The notes beneath the pieces were generated by a model, which did no database searches, was not told the DNA's origin, and saw only the letters and a program-made list of their open reading frames with translations. Both the position numbers and the translations under genes were made by a program. Shown piece after piece: positions 51,101 through 64,000 of a DNA stretch of 64,000 bases. Every line of letters starts with the position of its first letter. Within the stretch, counting starts at the first letter, position 1. This DNA comes from Octopus vulgaris (lineage: Eukaryota). The DNA lies in contig OX597817.1 in NCBI GenBank assembly GCA_951406725.2, forward strand, positions 11,408,001-11,472,000, read 5' to 3'.

Positions 51101-52412
51101 TGATAATCGACTAGTCTAAGTGCCCATAAGTGTCCCTTTAGGTTGAAACTGACTGAATAATTAGCTGTTTCTTGCACACACACCGACACTCAAACAAACA
51201 CACACACACACAAATACGTATACATGTATGCTTCCTGAGCGTTACAATAATAATACACTTGTCAACGTCTTTTTTTTTTAATAAATTTGAACTATATATA
51301 TATTGGCCTGCTCGCTTAGCCAGCGAGGTGGCGTCATTGATGGCTAAGACAATGCGAAGCGCATTGTGACCAGCGATGTATAGCAACATCTGATGTCCTG
51401 GTCGGTCACGTGATCACATGATATATATATATATATATATATACGCATATGTATTCATTGTATTTTGTTTGACTTGAACTCGTTCCTTTTCATTTATTAC
51501 ACTTGTCTAAGGTCTCAGGTTCGACTTGAGCACTTCTGTGCAGTTTATATGTTTATAAAAATTATATAACTATATAAATATGTGTGTGTGTATACATATA
51601 TAAATGTTTATGAATAGATGGATGGATTTTGTGCGTGTGTTCCAGTATTAGAGACACGATTCTTACCTGACACGTCTTAATTTGTCTAATATAATCATTT
51701 TTTTTATTGGGGGCGCAAGGCAACTAATTGAAATTAGCAGCATTTGTAACCAAAGCCTATCAGAAATAAATATACGAAAAAATGTATCTTGTGTATATCA
51801 ATGTTAAGTAAATAATTTATATGTATATTAGGGAATCTTCCCGGCATATTGGGCGAATACACACACAAACATATATAACACACACACACATTCATAAATA
51901 CATCTATATACATGTATATATAATGTATTTATGTATATACATATACATATATGTGTGTGTGTATGTATGTATGTATGGATAGATAAATACACACACACAC
52001 AAGCACACACATACACACACACACATATATATATTAATATATATATCCTCAAAGTTTTGAGAGTGTTAGAAAATTACTTTGCGGAATTGGCTCCTGTTCT
52101 TAACGCTCTGATTTCAAATCTTGCCGAAATCAGCTTCGTATTTCACCCCTCTCGATTGGATGAAACAAAAATCCAGTCCAGTACTGGAATCAAGGATGTC
52201 AACCTTTTTCTCTCTGCTCAAAATTCCTGACCTTGCGCCTAAATCAGGAGCCACTAACAGTATCACGCCTTCACGGGGAAAATGCATGTTTATCTGAATA
52301 TTGGTAAAATAATTTATAAATAATATTTTAATTGCCTAACTTTAGCATTAGACAAACAATTTATTTCTTGAATGTAATGTTATGTAATATCTGCCATTTT
52401 ATGATCCAGAAA

Positions 52413-54487
52413 TATTTATAGGCATATGTACACAAGTGTGCACCCACGATTTTGTTTCCTCATAACTTTCAGAAAAATGGATATTTTTAAATGAAGCTTT
52501 CTATAAGTATGCTTCTGTTAATTTGGACTCCAAGTATATCAGGATTTATTGCGAATAGATTTTCTGGGGATAGGGAGCAGAGTTTCAGAAAATTCACACG
52601 AGTCGACTTTGTTTCCTCATTACTTTCACAAAAATGGGTATTTTTTATGAAACTTTCTACAGATACCTTTTCAAAATGTGAACATTATGATTATATTGAA
52701 ATTCAATGTGAAAAAATTGACGAGCTCGCTCGTACATATTTTCAAACATAATTGTTTCAATATTTGAAGTTTTATTCAAGTTAACACCCCTAGACCACGA
52801 GCGGTGGAGCAATGCGGTTGCTGCATATATCTATGTATATATCATCAGTAAGTCATAAATCCGAAAGAGAACACAATGTTATCGAGCTGTAGAATAATTA
52901 GATAAAAATAGTTATGGCCTGTCTATGGGGTTACCCTGCATTTCCCATTTATAAATCACTTAGCATTACGGCGTTTTTTCAGACCCTCATGGGTGGTGCC
53001 CTATAACCTCTCATCAAACAGAAGGAAGAAAAGACCTCGTAGCACGGAGAAACACGGAGAAAACAGAAAAGTTAAGCGCAAGGGATTGTCTCCCTTAGAC
53101 CGCTATCCGTAAACGACGTGATCGGCTTGTGGGTCCGAAGACCTTCGTCCTAGAATTTAAGATGTTCCTGGGTCGACGAGCTCTTTAATATTCTCACCCG
53201 TTCAGCTATGCACAGTTTGCAACACTTGCTTCTGTTGATGTAGGTGCCCGGTTTTTCCGGGATCTTCCATGATATTACGTATGGAGTCCCTTTTTCCTTC
53301 AGGAACCAGACATGGCCGCCCAAGGACGTGGAATGCCGCCTCTTCTAGATCCTGAACGAATATCTGTGTTTGGCGAGGCGCTGCTTGAAGGTGCTTCCGG
53401 AACATCTGATGTATCTTCGTATACTGCTGCTGGCGATGCTGCTTCTGTTGATGTTGACGCTGCTTCTGCTGCTGGTGCTAGTGTTGTTGATGTTGGTGTT
53501 GGGGCTAGTGTTGCATCGTTAATGCTGACGTAGGGGACATCATCAGTGGCGGTGAAAGGTGTTTGCGGTGTTGGTGCTGCTACAACCATCGTCGTTGCTG
53601 TTGGAGCTGTTATCGGTGCTACATTGGTGGTGGCTGCTGTTGTCGTCGCTGTTATTATTGTTATCAGCATTAACACTATTATTTGTGCTGCTGCTGCTGC
53701 TGTTGTTGTTGTTGTTAAGCAACAAGACGGGTAAGGGTGATTAGGTGATGGTCTAGGGCTTAGGGGCGGGAGACCCCAGACCTTGGGAAAAAAAAAACTT
53801 TGGTCGTCTTATTGTAGTCGAGGGCTCTTCGTTGACGTCCAACACCACTGGGAAGTGGCCCTCGAAGTCGCTGGAAATGGAGATCTCCAGGTCCAAATTC
53901 TTGGACGGCTGCTGCTGCTGCCATTGCCGTTAATTCTGCCATTCCTGCTATTGTAGTAGTTTCGGGGAAAGTTGCTGCTGCTATTAGGATCAGATACCAC
54001 ATCAGCTGCGTAAAAGACTCTCTTGGTTTCGCACTGGCCCCCAACTGGGCATCTGCTGTACTCCTTGCCTGAGCATACCGCCTCCGCTCGTGGTCTAGGG
54101 GTGTTAACTTGAATAAAACTTCAAATATTGAAACAATTATGATGTGCGAAAATATGTACGTGCGTGCCGGTCAATTTTTTTCACATTGAATTTCAATATA
54201 ATCATAATGTTCACATTTTGAAAAGGTATCTGTAGAGAGTTTCATAAAAAATACCCATTTTTGTGAAAGTAATGAGGAAACAAAGTCGACTCGTGTGAAT
54301 TTTCTGAAACTCCGCTCCCTATCCCCAGAAAAACTATTCGCAATAAATCCTGATATTCTTGGAGTCCAAATTAACTTATAGAAAGTTTCATACTTATAGA
54401 AAGTTTCATTTAAAAATATCCATTTTTCTGAAAGTTATGAGGAAACAAAATCGTGGGTGCACACTTGTGTACATATGCCTATAAATA
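52413..54487. mobile_element. DNA transposon-like element with ~390-bp TIRs and GC-rich cargo
   Basis: 52413-52806 is the reverse complement of 54084-54487 at high identity (TATTTATAGGCATATGTACACAAG...CCCCTAGACCACGAGCGG). Confidence 0.85.
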
Positions 54488-55620
54488 CGCACATATCGAA
54501 AGGGTAAAAGGACCTTCCAAAGCCATAGTTTCATAATGCCGCGGATTATTGTGTCACGGGATGAGGGTCCGTTACCTGAATACACATTTTGCCAGCTGGA
54601 ATGATCTGGAATGAAGATCGCAGCGCATATCCTGGTCCAAGAATCGAAACCTCAAACGTACGATTATAAGTGCAATGCCCTCATCACTGTACCACGCTCC
54701 TCCACACACACATACCCACAAGCGCATTTTAAAATTTATATCTATGGCAGGTTTCCATAAAAAAAAAATTAATTGAACCAGTTCTCCTAAAAATAGACTT
54801 CATTTCTTATAATTCCGAGATAGAAGAGGGAATCGGCAATTCCATGTGCACCTCAAGAACCATTAACGATTTCAGTGAAAAAGATGTGGTAAGGATTCAT
54901 GGGAATAAATGCATGTGCATTTGAATATTAGCAATAATTCATGAATAATATCTTAATTGCCTAAATTTAGCATTAGATCTTTTTTTTTCTTTTATTTGTT
55001 TCAGTCATTTTGACTGCGGCCATGCTGGTGCACTGCCTTTAATGTTTTAGTGTCAGGAGATACATGAAACAAGCAGGAATGTATATTAACCAATATTTTT
55101 GAAGAACATATGAGCTGCTAAAACTCGCATTTCCGAAAATAAATATTTTGATTTCATATTTTTGTTAGAAAACACCGAAGGCTACATCTGGTTTAATCTA
55201 CATGGTAACCGATAACCAATTAAACTACACTTTATGACCTTCTAGTCTCAGTGATTGATAAAAAAAAACCCCAAAAAAAAAAAACCATATATCTCGGCGT
55301 AAATGTGTACTACATGATTGTATACTTATAGAAAAGGGGATTGGAAAGTTTTCTTGGCACCTAAGGGTAACATGCGAGACTATGTTTAAAGTATCCCAAT
55401 GATTTCTTTTAAATGCGTAATGGATTATTATGAACGGACACCGACTATCGGACAAGTGTATGAAAAACGCCCATATTTTTGGAAAATAAGTTCTCTTTTC
55501 TCAACTTTGTTACTGATATTGAATATTTTGTATTTTGCAGGATAAACTGAATTGTACATACCATCGTTTTCATTATTGTTGTCATCTATGTTGTTGTTGT
55601 TGCTTTTCTTTTATATATAT

Positions 55621-56160
55621 TTTTTTTTCTAGTTTCAGCTCAGAGCTGCGGCCATGCTGATGCACCGCTGTTTTGTGCTACACTGTTATTACGACGAACC
55701 TCGTCTAATATGTGGCACTTGGTGAAGAATGGAGTTTGATACAGCTACTCTCATTTGCACCTCTTGCTGTGAGGTAGGTTCATCTGGGACTCTTGACAGG
55801 AAGATGTCCAGCTTTGATTTAAAAACCGCTACATCTACTTTGTGCAAGTTCCTCAGACTCTTTGGGAGAATATTAAAAAGCTGGGCCCTTGAAACCCAGG
55901 CTGTTGCAGAAGCTGGTCCTGAAGCGTGATGGCATTGCTGGGATCTTTGGCACTATGCAGTGTCGTCCCGTTCTAGCCTTGGTGTAGCTTACAATGCCAA
56001 AATTTGGCACAATTCCTTCCAGGATCTTCCAGACATATATTACTGCATACCTCTCCCGTCTTCTCTCCAGGGAGTAGAGTCTTAGCTGTTTCAACCTTTC
56101 CCAGTAGCTGAGCTGTTGCAAAGAGACGATCTTCTTTGTGAATCTTCTCTGGATTGCTTC
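55621..56160 (-). mobile_element. CR1-group LINE 3' end (second family)
   Basis: AIQRRFTKKIVSLQQLSYWERLKQLRLYSLERRRERYAVIYVWKILEG...LPKSLRN...FKSKLDIFLSRVPDEP; 3' end GCGGTGCATCAGCATGGCCGCAGCTCTGAGCTGAAACTAG(A)n. Confidence 0.88.
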
Positions 56161-56209
<49 letters not shown>

Positions 56210-56212
<3 letters not shown>

Positions 56213-56325
56213 TTTATTATATAGAAGGGTCTGTTTCATTCAAGAAATCTTGAAACTCCTTTATATAATTTACTCTGCTATGTATTGAGTACCTTATTTA
56301 CTGTGGTTAACGAATCAACCGGGAC

Positions 56326-56330
<5 letters not shown>
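56210..56330. mobile_element. Decayed copy of the (TA)n-embedded 12010-12160 element
   Basis: Shares TAATTTACTCTGCTATGTATTGAGTACCTTATTTACTGTGGTTAAC; (TA)n on both sides. Confidence 0.8.
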
Positions 56331-56382
<52 letters not shown>

Positions 56383-57858
56383 TTTCTTTAGTCTGAGAAT
56401 AGTTTATATTTAGTCGAGCAGAACAATAACGATAGGTGTTCCACCAGACTATCCTACTTTTCCCAACATATCTATTGTTACATTACTCAAAGAGCCCCTC
56501 ACATTTTGAAGGAATTTGTGGGTAATTTGGTCGAAGTTTCTGTTAATTTCAACAACCACAAAGAAGCTTCTAGTTTTTCTCATTCTCAATTTCGTTCGCT
56601 TTAATTTAGTAACAGCTTCAATGCTGCATCACTTCACCGTTCATATCTTAATCCTCGTGTTGATACTGTATCAGCTTAGCTATAAGCACTCCAATTTACA
56701 GGGGGTTTTAAGATGAAGTTTGTGATATTCGTTATCTCAAATGCCACAGAAAGTCGAAGAAATAAGTACTCACTCTAAAGGGCGGTGGATTAGCGGAATC
56801 GCTGTTAGAACTATTTAGTTACGGCTCTTTACGTTCTAAGTTCAAATCCAGTTGAGGTCAAGTACCAGTCAAGTACTTGGGTTAACTTAATCGACTAAAC
56901 TTTCCTCCAAATTAATATTCTTGTACCTACGTTAAAAATGTCTTCAAAACAATGGATTAGCGGGATTATCTGAGCGTTGAATAAAATATATAGATTTAGT
57001 CAGCGTCTATTAAGTGCTGAGTTCGAATTCTGCAGAAGTCAAATTATATTTCTTTTTAACATTGGCAAATAAAGTTCTAGCCAAGTACATTAAAATAGCT
57101 AAAGTCTATGCAAAATTGATTCCTTGTGCTTATGTAGGAAATCAAAAGAGACGACTGGGGTCGAACGAAACGGCTTGACTCATTTTTTTTTTCCAAGTGA
57201 CACTATTTTGCAAAAAGAGAAATGACATTATTATTATTACTCCAAACCATTTAACTATGTCCATGTGTGGTAGATTTGCGTGGTTACGTTTAAGTATATA
57301 CATAAAAAAAAGCTATGGAAGGATATTATCTGAGAGAGGCTCTTAAAATTATCTCTTGTACAAATATAGTTGTCTTACCTAACGCATAATTAATATCTAC
57401 AGATCTATTTTTAAAGATATAACAGCAAAAAAGTATAAACGCATACTTCTAATATACTAAGATACAAAATATAATCACATACTTACATAGACATTCATAC
57501 ATTTTATATACATGTGAGTATATATATGTTCATCTATATATACATATGCATTCATACATGTATATCTAGAAACTATGTATGTATGTCCTTGTGTGTGCCC
57601 CTACGATGCGTGTATACCGGTAATATAAGTTTACTATGCATACATGACTTTATGTATATGAGTTTTTATCTCTTTCGCCAATTCTGTGTGTGATCGTGGC
57701 TATATATATACACATATATATGCGTTTTCCTTGCGAACTCAAGTGATCGGCGGGTTACGCACAACAGAAACGCTCGGTGGGTGAGACCAATGAAGTCGAT
57801 ATCTCTGGCAAAGCAGTAGCCTTGTGGCTTTAAATATATGTAAGAATATGATGATTTA

Positions 57859-59265
<1,407 letters not shown>

Positions 59266-59269
59266 TTAG

Positions 59270-59391
59270 TTGCCGATTCTGTACAAGACATTGTAGATCT
59301 TTAGCCGGGCTAAAAAGTCACATTCGATCACAGCACCAGTAAGAGTTAAGTTTCGTACAATGGCCATTCTCGATAACGAGGGGGCAGCCAT
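59270..59391 (+). mobile_element. RTE-like LINE extreme 3' end
   Basis: CRFCTRHCRSLAGLKSHIRSQHQ* (C2H2-type tail), then short 3' UTR with CTCG/CGAG hairpin. Confidence 0.6.
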
Positions 59392-60107
59392 AATATATAC
59401 ATATATATATGTGTGTGTGTGTGTATGTGTGTGTGTAAAAGTAAAAAAATACAAACTGGGACAAGAACGTGAAACATTTAGAAGACGACACAAATATATA
59501 TATGGATATGTATGTATTTGTATATGTATATGAATGAAACAAAGACATTAACCCCTTGTATTGTGTTCGTTATTAACTAAATAAAGACCCGGGTAACTAA
59601 AGAAGAGTTAAGTACTTATCTATATAAAGTTTGTAGTGCGTTTGAAGTTTTACCAAAACCGACTTTTTAGACTGCAGTGGGAGGATAGTAAATGTTCATA
59701 TACAAACATTTGTAGGTATCAAATATAGGTAAAGTAGTGGTAATTGATACATGGAGCGATATATTGTTGGTAATTATTGGTGCGGTGTATCATACATGGT
59801 GAAAATTGTATGAAAAAAATGTTTATGCAAAAGTTTTATCCATAAGTAGAGAGAATTTTATAACGAGTTTAGAAATTCTGTAGCAAAAACAAGGTACCGT
59901 ATTTGGAAATGAATGTACTTGGTGGATAATATTAAGGTAAACGAAGAAAATATGGCACAACACTTAAGTTGAGTTATTTTATCAAAATATTTGTTTGCAT
60001 TTTAAAATAATATAAATTTAATCTTAGTTTTTAAAGCTGTAAATAATCAGTTTTCTTCAAGCTGGGAAATATTTTCTTTTACAAAATATCTTTTACAAAA
60101 AAAATTT

Positions 60108-60479
60108 TGTGGTAAGTAGCTTGCTTACCAACCACATGGTTACGGGTTCAGTCCCACTGCGTGGCATCTTGGGCAAGTGTCTTCTGCTATAGCCCCGGGC
60201 CGACCAATGCCTTGTGAGTGGATTTGGTAGACGGAAACTGAAAGAAGCCTGTCGTATATATGTGTATATATATGTGTATGTGTGTGTGTGTGTTGTGTCT
60301 GTGTTTGTTCCCTTAGCATTGCTTGACAACCGATGCTGGTGTGTTTATGTCCCCGTCACTTAGCGGTTCGGCAAAAGAGACCGATAGAATAAGTCCCGGG
60401 GTCGATTTGCTCGACTAAAGGCGGTGCTCCAGCATGGCCGCAGTCAAATGACTGAAACAAGTAAAAGAGTAAAAGAGTA
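60108..60479 (+). mobile_element. SINE family A (5' clipped, internal deletion)
   Basis: Family A sequence; segment between the two AGAATAAGT motifs deleted. Confidence 0.92.
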
Positions 60480-62071
60480 AGTCTCATTTCAATAAATATT
60501 TGTATTCGAATTCTGGTTTATATATGACGGAAGTCTCTCGTAATCCGTGAAAGACGGGTCTGTAATTTCATGCTGAAACGCTTGCACAAAATCGTTGGTT
60601 TATAGTGATCAAATATTTGTGCTGTGCAATTAGCTCACTCTCTCGATCAAATCAAAGTTACCTGATCAGGTACACGGCGTCCTACACGTCAGGTGTCTAA
60701 AGTGATCACAGAGTAATGTGAGATGAGGTGTTTTGTTCCAAGATACAACGCACCACCCGTTTCAGGAATTGAAAGCACGATCTCGTGTGAAACATCTTAA
60801 CCACTAAGCCATTTGCCCTCACACACACATACACACACACGCACACTCACCGGGTCATAGTGCTAGTGCATGTATATATGTGTATATATATATATGTGTA
60901 CATATTACATGTACATCTATATATATACATCTACACATAAAATACAAAATACAAAGTTATATCTTGATATCGCTAGTGATAACAATACTCAAAATATATA
61001 ACAGACTGGAATTGTAGGCCCGTCTCTTGCAATTTCGATCAATTGTATCTTGTCCTCCCTCTTGTATAGAAGTGTGGCTACAATCCAGCCTACCTCTACT
61101 TCTGGGTGGACATTTTAAATTTTTATCCGGGACGTCCTACGTCCCAGATATAAAGGTGAAAATAAAATATTTCCACTTTGCAAGGTTCGAGTCGAGTATT
61201 CCCTTGCACGCTCCGTTGACTCGAACTTTGCTTTCATAGTCGCACCAAGACACTTTTCGAAGGTGCTTTCCTCCAGGTGTTCAAATCTTTTTTTTCTCTA
61301 CATTGTATACTTTATAGACAATAGTCTTTACTTTAATTTAATTTTTTATTTCGTTTGGTGGTGTTATCCTAGATTCACCGTCTTTGTCGGTGATCAATCC
61401 GAAATAGGTTTGTATTTCTTCCATTTTAATTTTAATGAGTTCGAGCCCGCCGACGGCTGCAGCGAAATTCATTTTTGGACTTTCTTCTATCGAAGGCATT
61501 CTAACAAAAATGCTTCCGTGTAAACGGTGAAAATATTGTCAATTTCCCCAAACAGGGACACAATTCAATTTTTAAACAATAACCAAAGCTCCTTCTCCCA
61601 AAGGGGGAGGTTTACAGTTTACAATTATTTAACAAATGCAACGCAACAACGTTTCCCTGACGAGGAACCAACAAACGTGATAACAATAGTTAAACAGTAA
61701 TAATAATAACAACAAACCTTACGGTGAATCAAAAAGCAGTACGCAGTTGAAGCTATAGTCCTTTATGTATAATAGTCCATCAGGACTATTCCATTTCTGC
61801 ACGCTAATTTTATTTTTAATTTATTCCCATTCATGTGAAACCACTTATTCAATCAAGTTCAAGTCATTGATGCAATTTTATACCAACTGCTATTTTTACT
61901 TTTGTTATGTTACGATTATATTATACTTTAGTTTGATTTTAATTATTACTACATATAATTCAATTATTATTATCTCTAATTTTTATTGTTAAAGTGAAAG
62001 TATCTGACATAAAATAGAGAAATGTTTTGTTTCACTTTTAACACGTAATACTGAAATAGTGGAAAATATAT

Positions 62072-64000
62072 GATATTGCTATGGGCTCGCCCTAGGCAAG
62101 AAGTTGACTATTTTCTTTTGCCCATGAAACTACATGGACCCGGACCCTAAGTAAGGCATGTGTAAAATTTGAATGAAATTGGTTGTGTAGTCCTCAAGTT
62201 TTAGGGAATCGTAGTGGAGAAGATAGGATATTGCTGTGGGCTCGCCCTAGGCAAAAAGTTTAATATTTTTTGCCGATGACACTCCCGGACCCTAAGTAAG
62301 GCATGTGTAAAATTTGAATGAAATTGGTTGTGTAGTGACACTCCTCAAGTTTTATTTGGAATCGTAGTGGAGAAGATAGGATATTGCTGTGGGCTCGCTC
62401 TAGGCAAAAAGTTAAAAGAAATTTTGCCGATGACACTCCTCGGACCCTAAGTAAGGCATGTGTAAAATTTGAATGAAATTGGTTGTGTAGTCCTCAAGTT
62501 TTAGGGAATCGTAGTGGAGAAGATAGGATATTGCTGTGGGCTCGCTCTAGGCAAAAAGTTAAAAGAAATTTTGCCGATGACACTCCTCGGACCCTAAGTA
62601 AGGCATGTGTAAAATTTGAATGAAATTGGTTGTGTAGTTCTCAAGTTTTAGGGAATCGTAGTGGAGAAGATAGGATATTGCTGTGGGCTCGCTCTAGGCA
62701 AAAAGTTAAAAGAAATTTTGCCGATGACACTCCCCGGACCCTAAGTAAGGCATGTGTAAAATTTGAATGAAATTGGTTGTGTAGTTCTCAAGTTTTAGGG
62801 AATCGTAGTGGAGAAGAGAAGATAGGATATTGCTGTGGGCTCGCTCTAGGCAAAAAGTTAAAAGAAATTTTGCCGATGACACTCCTCGGACCCTAAGTAA
62901 GGCATGTGTAAAATTTGAATGAAATTGGTTGTGTAGTCTCCTCAAGTTTTAGTGGAATCGTAGTGGAGAAGATAGGATATTGCTGTGGGCTCGCTCTAGG
63001 CAAAAAGTTAAAAGAAATTTTGCCGATGACACTCCCCGGACCCTAAGTAAGGCATGTGTAAAATTTGAATGAAATTGGTTGTGTAGTCCTCAAGTTTTAG
63101 GGAATCGTAGTGGAGAAGATCAGGATATTGCTGTGGGCTCGCTCTAGGCAAAAAGTTAAAAGAAATTTTGCCGATGACACTCCCCGGACCCTAAGTAAGG
63201 CATGTGTAAAATTTGAATGAAATTGGTTGTGTAGTTCCTCAAGTTTTAGGGAATCGTAGTGGAGAAGATAGGATATTGCTGTGGGCTCGCTCTAGGCAAA
63301 AAGTTAAAAGAAATTTTGCCGATGACACTCCCCGGACCCTAAGTAAGGCATGTGTAAAATTTGAATGAAATTGGTTGTGTAGTCCTCAAGTTTTAGGGAA
63401 TCGTAGTGGAGAAGACAGGATATTGCTGTGGGCTCGCTCTAGGCAAAAAGTTAAAAGAAATTTTGCCGATGACACTCCCCGGACCCTAAATAAGGCATGT
63501 GTAAAATTTGAATGAAATTGGTTGTGTAGTCCTCAAGTTTTAGGGAATCGTAGTGGAGAAGATAGGATATTGCTGTGGGCTCGCTCTAGGCAAAAAGTTA
63601 AAAGAAATTTTGCCGATGACACTCCCCGGACCCTAAGTAAGGCATGTGTAAAATTTGAATGAAATTGGTTGTGTAGTCCTCAAGTTTTAGGGAATCGTAG
63701 TGGAGAAGATAGGATATTGCTGTGGGCTCGCTCTAGGCAAAAAGTTAAAAGAAATTTTGCCGATGACACTCCCCGGACCCTAAGTAAGGCATGTGTAAAA
63801 TTTGAATGAAATTGGTTGTGTAGTCCTCAAGTTTTAGGGAATCGTAGTGGAGAAGATAGGATATTGCTGTGGGCTCGCTCTAGGCAAAAAGTTAAAAGAA
63901 ATTTTGCCGATGACACTCCCCGGACCCTAAGTAAGGCATGTGTAAAATTTGAATGAAATTGGTTGTGTAGTCCTCAAGTTTTAGGGAATCGTAGTGGAGA
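62072..64000. repeat. 147-bp tandem satellite, ~13 copies, runs off the window end
   Basis: GGATATTGCTGTGGG recurs at 63565, 63712 and 63859 (period 147); first unit diverged. Confidence 0.97.

Noticed and set aside
59548-59611. TTAACCCCTT...AAGAGTTAA, piggyBac-like mini element
   Set aside because: Inverted match too short to distinguish from chance.
61650-61680. CTGACGAGG motif
   Set aside because: No paired stem II followed by GAAA.
62072-64000. CRISPR-like regular array
   Set aside because: Whole unit is repeated with no unique spacers; eukaryotic context, no cas genes.

Overview
AT-rich, repeat-saturated eukaryotic DNA, most consistent with a cephalopod (Octopus-like) genome. This is inferred from the tRNA-derived SINE families and the extreme microsatellite density and was not verified by a search. 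No intact host protein-coding gene can be supported: nearly all listed ORFs are microsatellite or SINE artefacts. The window holds about 16 copies of one tRNA-headed SINE, about 10 copies of a second and copies of two further SINE families. It also holds CR1-, Tx1/L1- and RTE-type LINE fragments, a decayed Gypsy pol, Tc1/mariner, hAT and Helitron-type elements, several long inverted-repeat (foldback) elements and a terminal 147-bp satellite. Most notable: (1) about a dozen type I hammerhead-ribozyme (HHR) motifs, from canonical to decayed, mostly in Penelope-like fragments often embedded in (TA)n, one downstream of a GIY-YIG-type C-terminus and one fused behind a tRNA-like Pol III head; (2) a Tx1-like LINE whose two copies both sit in (GATA)n at the same 3' register; (3) a 2-kb element with ~390-bp TIRs carrying GC-rich coding-like cargo; (4) a SINE and a LINE sharing a 3' stem-loop.
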